64,000 nt of DNA from Pseudomonadota bacterium (GTDB lineage: Bacteria; Pseudomonadota; Gammaproteobacteria; Steroidobacterales; Woeseiaceae), in NCBI GenBank assembly GCA_022563505.1, contig JADFNG010000004.1, positions 581-64,580 on the forward strand, in the 5' to 3' direction. The position numbers and the translations under genes were made by a program. Below the pieces are notes generated by a model, which was given only the letters and a program-made list of their open reading frames with translations, ran no database searches and was not told where the DNA came from. This document shows, one piece after another, positions 59,474 to 64,000 of the stretch; positions within the stretch are counted from its first letter, which is position 1, and the number at the start of each line of letters is the position of its first letter.

Positions 59474-61000
59474 AATGTCCGCTTCACGCCCTGAGTCACT
59501 CAGTCAAGCAGCTTCTGCCATTTTGAGCAAGGGCGATCCACGCTGTTGTAATGTCTTAAGGTACTTGGCTTCATCATACGGCGTTCGTGTGATCCAGCAA
59601 CGATACAAGATGCGGATCCATTTGAACGCCAGTGCTCTAACTGCCGCTTGATGTGAACAGCCTTTCGCTTTTTGTTGATAATAATACAAGCCAGCCCAGT
59701 AGGACTTGTTGATTGTCTGTGCCGCCCACTCAACAAAGGTCTGTCGCAAGAACGTTGGGCATTGCCATCGCCAGTGGACCCAGGTCGACTGGCCGCTGCG
59801 TTCGGTAACCGGCGCAATGCCGGCATACTTCTGCAACTCGGCCGCTTTGCCGTAACGCTCTCGTTGTTCGCCGAAGGCGACGAGCAATCGTGGTGCCAGT
59901 GACGGACCCGCACCGGGTAAACAGTCGAACAGACCATAGTCAGGATGCTGTGGTGCCAGCGTAGCGATCTCGTCGTCATAGCGTCGGATGGAGACCAGCG
60001 CGACCTCGAGTTGTGCCACCAGTGTCAGTGCCTGTAACCGGTACGGCATGATGATGGCCTCGTCCAGGGTTAGTGGCATCGCTGACTTGATCGCCGTCAT
60101 GCGCCGCTCGAGCAGGGCTTTGCGGTTCATGTTGTGTTCGCGAAAGAACCTCTCCAAGGTTGCCTTGCGGGCGCGTCTGGCCTGCGCCAGTGATGGCCAG
60201 CGTTTGATGAAGTCGCAGAACAGCTGTGTGTCGATGCTATCGAACCACTCCAGGGCCTGTGGATAGTACTGTTTCAGCGCACTTCTTAAGCGATTCGTGA
60301 TCCGCACCCGATCATCCATCAGCCGGCGGCGTTGCTCGACCAATGTCATCAACGTCCGCATTTCAACACTCTGCGGATTCAGGGCCTTGAAGTGCTCTGT
60401 ATGTTTCAACAGCAGATCCAGCGCATATTCCGCATCCGTGGGATCGTCCTTGGCGCCACTGAGTGTGAACGTCTTGCGATGATTGGCCAGGGTTGTCGGG
60501 TCAATCGGAAAAATAACAAAGAAGTCGTACTTCTGCAGCGCGCTAACAAGGGGGCCCTTCGAAAGCTCCAGTGCGATGGCGATCGGGCCACCGTATCGCC
60601 GGTACAACGATCGTGCCCATTCGTCGAGTTTGTCGACTTTGTGCGGCACCTGATAAAACTGGCGCTGTCCCGACGACGCTGCCTGGATACAAACGTCGTG
60701 TTTCTTATCCGCCCAGTCGATGCCGATGATGGCCGTAAATTGCGAGAGTTCCGTCTGCATAACTGCTCTCCAAAGTGGTAAGTTAAGCAACAGGGACATG
60801 CATGCCAGAGCTCTGCGAAGGCAATATAGGTGAGCCGCTTATACGGCAAGCCCTGAGTATTCGTTGACGAGCTCAAGCGCACCTGCAGACTCGAAGCCAA
60901 AGCGGTAAACATCGCGTGTTTGGGTCAACATATTCGTAGTCTGCGGGTGCATGTCCCCCTCACCAACAGATACCTGCTGGTCGTGTCTATTATCACTGAG
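59474..61000 (-). mobile_element. IS110-family insertion sequence, copy 1 (transposase-distal boundary not determinable)
   Basis: The end at about 59474 is defined by the onset of 100% identity with 63882-64000. It contains a DEDD transposase. The other end lies somewhere between 60761 and 61103. Confidence 0.75.
59504..60760 (-). CDS. IS110-family DEDD transposase/recombinase
   Basis: N-terminal IIGIDWADKKHDVCI (first Asp of the RuvC-like DEDD domain) and C-terminal YAGIAPVTERSGQS (Tnp domain with the conserved Ser). The start is set at ATG 60760. Confidence 0.9.
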   Translation of the reverse strand: MQTELSQFTAIIGIDWADKKHDVCIQAASSGQRQFYQVPHKVDKLDEWARSLYRRYGGPIAIALELSKGPLVSALQKYDFFVIFPIDPTTLANHRKTFTLSGAKDDPTDAEYALDLLLKHTEHFKALNPQSVEMRTLMTLVEQRRRLMDDRVRITNRLRSALKQYYPQALEWFDSIDTQLFCDFIKRWPSLAQARRARKATLERFFREHNMNRKALLERRMTAIKSAMPLTLDEAIIMPYRLQALTLVAQLEVALVSIRRYDDEIATLAPQHPDYGLFDCLPGAGPSLAPRLLVAFGEQRERYGKAAELQKYAGIAPVTERSGQSTWVHWRWQCPTFLRQTFVEWAAQTINKSYWAGLYYYQQKAKGCSHQAAVRALAFKWIRILYRCWITRTPYDEAKYLKTLQQRGSPLLKMAEAA

Positions 61001-61103
61001 GGATAGACGGACTATCTATATACGGCCAAAAGCGGCCGTTAAGATAACCCGTATTTCGCGGAATCTTCGCCATCGACATTGCTCGACTTTAGGAGGCCCG
61101 GTG

Positions 61104-63740
61104 TCAGTCTCGATAGGCAGGTGACCTGCTCGAATCCGATTGCAGATAACGATCACGCAGTAATGTCTGACGACTCACCATCGGTATGACTTCTCCATTG
61201 ATGAACACGGCCTCCGCGTAGGTCGTTAATTCGAGCGGATCAGCCGGCCAGATAACCAGGTCGGCTGCCTTGCCTGGTTCAATACTGCCAAGCGTATCCT
61301 CTACGCCATAAATCTGTGCCGGAGCAAGAGTGATTGCCCGGAGAGCGGCCTCCCAGTCCAGACCGTCAGCGACCGCATTGCCAGCAGACTGTGTGATGTT
61401 GCTAGCGTTGTGCGATGGAAGTTCGCCCACCGCCGCAAACGCCACCGTCACTCCCGCCTCAATAAGGATGTTCGCGGCGCCGAGCCGCGCGTTAATGGCA
61501 TCAAAGCTGAAAGGCAGATTATTCGTTGGCACCAATATGACTGACAGGCCAGCCGCAGCGATCTGGTCTGCAAGCATCCAGGCTTCCGATCCGCCATTGA
61601 TTATTGCCCGCAGCCCGTACGCGTCGGTCAGGTCAATGAGTGCTTCAATGTCGCTGGCGCGCTCTATGTTCGCGAGTATAGGAATGTCGCCGGAGATTAC
61701 GTCCTGCAGCGCTTCGAGATCAGCAACACTGTGTTGGTAATCGCGTCGCATACCGCGTTCGAAGTCACCTTTGTGGTCACGGTAATCGAGTGCTTCATCG
61801 AGTGCATTGCGCAACACCAGCCAGGCGCCAGTGCGAGATCCACCAGCCAAATCGCTGCCATTTTCGCCTAAGGATACAACCATTGCCGCGGCGCGTTTAT
61901 CCAGTGGATCACTGTCACCAAGATTAACTATCGCGGCTAGCCCGGAGATTACATGTCCGATATTGCCGAAATCATCCACCAAGCCCGGTTCAGGAATAAT
62001 CGCAGCACGTGTTACGCCTTCTATACGATTGATTGCAATCAGCGATGAGCGCGGGTTGTAGGCGTCAGCAACGTCGAAGCCGGCCGTGAATTGATCGCCG
62101 CGTTGTGCGGAGTCGACCGGTCCGGCCGAGTTTGAAACCTCTACGAGCCCAAGTCGACCGACAGGGCTGAATAATCCAGGAGTAATAATCTTGCCGGTCG
62201 CGTCGATCCTCGTTGCCCCATCCGGCACACCGATGCCGGAGCCAACGGCGAAGAACGTGCCGTCGACAATAATAATCGTCGCATTTTCGATAGTTCCCTG
62301 GGGCCCAACGGTGTGCACCTTGGCGCCGATTATGGCGGTGGTGTCCGCGGACGCGGGTATTGCCAGGGCGAGCAATGCAGATGCACCCCCAGCGGCAGCC
62401 GCTGTGCCGAGGCTGAAATCGGTAACAGGGTTGACTGCGTCGTTGCCGCGTTCGTAAGCCAGCGCACCATCTATGTAGACGCGTTCGGCTTTCGTGTAAA
62501 CACTGAATGGATTGCCATCCCACATAACGACGTCCGCCATCATGCCGGGCTCAAGCGTTCCCGTCATCTCATCGATGCCGAGTGACTTTGCAGCGTTACT
62601 CGTAATCCACCGAATCGCGCGTTCGGGTGGGATGTCGACGCCGACTCGCGCGGCAGCACCCATGACTTTTGCAGTTTCCTGATTGAGTCGTTGTATGCCA
62701 AGCTCATCGTCCGAATGAATGATCGCGCAGGCGCCAGCTCTATCCACGAGCGCCGCGTTTTCGCGGATACCGTCATAAGCTTCCATCTTAAAACCCCACC
62801 AATCAGCCCACATGGCAGCGCAAGTGTCAGCCTCGGCGAGCAGGTCGGCGACTTTGTATGCCTCAACGGCGTGATGAAATGCTGTGACCTTGTAGCCAAA
62901 CTCTTTCGCGATATCAAGCATCACCGACATTTCGTCGCCGCGATAGCAGTGGTTGTGCACAAGAATTTCGCCGTTCAGGACGCCGACCAGCGTTTCGAGT
63001 TTCAGGTTGCGTATTGGCGCCTCACCTTGTCCTTTTTCGGCGGCAGCCATCTTGTCGCGATAGTCAGCAGCCTCGATCCAGGCAGTACGGTAACCCGCAA
63101 CGTTACCCATGCGCGTGCTCGGTGCTACTCCGCGACCACCATAAACACGCTTGGGATTTTCACCGCAGGCCATTTTCAGTCCGTGAGGCGCGCCGGGAAA
63201 TTTCATGTCCATGACGTTGCGGCCTGGAATGTTCTTGATCGTTACGCTGCGACCACCAATAAGGTTCGCAGATCCAGGAAGAATTTGCATGGCTGTGACG
63301 CCACCCGCCAATGCCGTAATGAAGCCTGGGTCGTGTGGCCAGACGCTGTGTTCCGCCCAGACTTCCGCTGTAACCGGCGCGGTCGCTTCGTTGCCATCAG
63401 AGTGCGATGCAGTGCCTGGAGATGGATAGACACCCAGATGGGAATGCACATCAATAATGCCGGGTGTGATCCACTTGCCTGCGGCATCGATGACATCGGC
63501 ACCTGCGGCGCTCAGCCCCGGGCCAATCGCAACGATCTTGCCGTCTTTAAGAAGTATGTCCGCGTCATCGAGGCGCTCACCGGTGCCTGTTAGAATCGTG
63601 GCGCCCGTCAACAGGGTTGCGGTGCTAGGCAATGCCTTATATCGACTAGCGTATGGTGCAGCGCCGTTGTCCTCTTCACCCTGGCTGCAGCCAGCCGCGA
63701 GCATGGTAAATGTCGCCAAAGCGACGATAATTCTATTCAC
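61104..63740 (-). CDS. lipoprotein made of two fused amidohydrolase-superfamily domains
   Basis: Lipobox FTMLAAGC. Domain 1 has the metal-binding PGIIDVHSHLG. Around aa 440 an internal signal-peptide-like AAAAGGASALLALAIPASA precedes domain 2, whose equivalent position reads PGLFSPVGRLG with no HxH. Confidence 0.8.
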   Translation of the reverse strand: MNRIIVALATFTMLAAGCSQGEEDNGAAPYASRYKALPSTATLLTGATILTGTGERLDDADILLKDGKIVAIGPGLSAAGADVIDAAGKWITPGIIDVHSHLGVYPSPGTASHSDGNEATAPVTAEVWAEHSVWPHDPGFITALAGGVTAMQILPGSANLIGGRSVTIKNIPGRNVMDMKFPGAPHGLKMACGENPKRVYGGRGVAPSTRMGNVAGYRTAWIEAADYRDKMAAAEKGQGEAPIRNLKLETLVGVLNGEILVHNHCYRGDEMSVMLDIAKEFGYKVTAFHHAVEAYKVADLLAEADTCAAMWADWWGFKMEAYDGIRENAALVDRAGACAIIHSDDELGIQRLNQETAKVMGAAARVGVDIPPERAIRWITSNAAKSLGIDEMTGTLEPGMMADVVMWDGNPFSVYTKAERVYIDGALAYERGNDAVNPVTDFSLGTAAAAGGASALLALAIPASADTTAIIGAKVHTVGPQGTIENATIIIVDGTFFAVGSGIGVPDGATRIDATGKIITPGLFSPVGRLGLVEVSNSAGPVDSAQRGDQFTAGFDVADAYNPRSSLIAINRIEGVTRAAIIPEPGLVDDFGNIGHVISGLAAIVNLGDSDPLDKRAAAMVVSLGENGSDLAGGSRTGAWLVLRNALDEALDYRDHKGDFERGMRRDYQHSVADLEALQDVISGDIPILANIERASDIEALIDLTDAYGLRAIINGGSEAWMLADQIAAAGLSVILVPTNNLPFSFDAINARLGAANILIEAGVTVAFAAVGELPSHNASNITQSAGNAVADGLDWEAALRAITLAPAQIYGVEDTLGSIEPGKAADLVIWPADPLELTTYAEAVFINGEVIPMVSRQTLLRDRYLQSDSSRSPAYRD

Positions 63741-63881
63741 TTATTTTCCTCTTTGTGTCGTTGTTATCTACTAAGCGTAGTACAAATGGACAAGCTGTCC
63801 AGTCGGACAAGTATTTAGAATGAGTCCATGCAATTCGGCAGACAGGTTGCCGTTGTCAAAGAACCAAGCGAATTGGTTCTG

Positions 63882-64000
63882 AATGTCCGCTTCACGCCCT
63901 GAGTCACTCAGTCAAGCAGCTTCTGCCATTTTGAGCAAGGGCGATCCACGCTGTTGTAATGTCTTAAGGTACTTGGCTTCATCATACGGCGTTCGTGTGA
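63882..64000 (-). mobile_element. IS110-family insertion sequence, copy 2 (partial, runs off the window)
   Basis: 119 nt, 100% identical to 59474-59592, covering the IS end and the 3' end of the transposase gene, in the same orientation. Confidence 0.85.

Noticed and set aside
62691-63593. 300-aa plus-strand ORF
   Set aside because: It lies antisense to the amidohydrolase gene.

Overview
This 64-kb window looks like a gammaproteobacterial chromosome of moderately high GC. All calls come from reading the supplied translations and the DNA by eye; no database search or folding program was run. About 50 kb is conserved housekeeping sequence in familiar syntenic blocks. (i) Minus strand: galU, comEA-like, lapB-lapA, ihfB, rpsA, cmk, aroA, pheA, serA-like, serC, gyrA. 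(ii) Plus strand: mtaD, ubiG, HAD phosphatase, rmuC, yciK. (iii) rluB (frameshifted), scpB, scpA and yciO, divergent from yciB, yciI, bolA-family and a ppiC-type isomerase. (iv) ligA, zipA and smc, divergent from dksA, gluQ, phaR and a yheT-like hydrolase. (v) pnp, rpsO, truB, rbfA, infB, nusA, rimP. No rRNA, intact tRNA or CRISPR array was seen. Two regions look accessory. The first is an AT-rich 3.2-kb insertion (26.2-29.4 kb). It carries a secreted protein with a near-perfect 24-bp tandem array and two paralogous proteins I cannot place in any family. The second is everything upstream of rimP (50.2-64 kb). It holds a thioesterase, a decayed ParE-like toxin, two sulfatases around a TPR-sulfotransferase, a duplicated sulfatase 5' fragment, two 86-bp structured direct repeats, a cadherin-like lipoprotein, and two direct IS110-family copies bracketing a fused double amidohydrolase. 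A 15-mer resembling the 3' end of initiator tRNA occurs three times in direct orientation, beginning exactly where metY sits in E. coli. That pattern suggests serial integration scars. Other notable points are a DksA with a histone-H1-like Lys/Ala-rich N-terminal extension and three of its four zinc-finger cysteines missing, and several orphan promoter/terminator units that could be small RNAs. I did not find a clearly defined new multi-gene system; the candidates are listed with their uncertainty.
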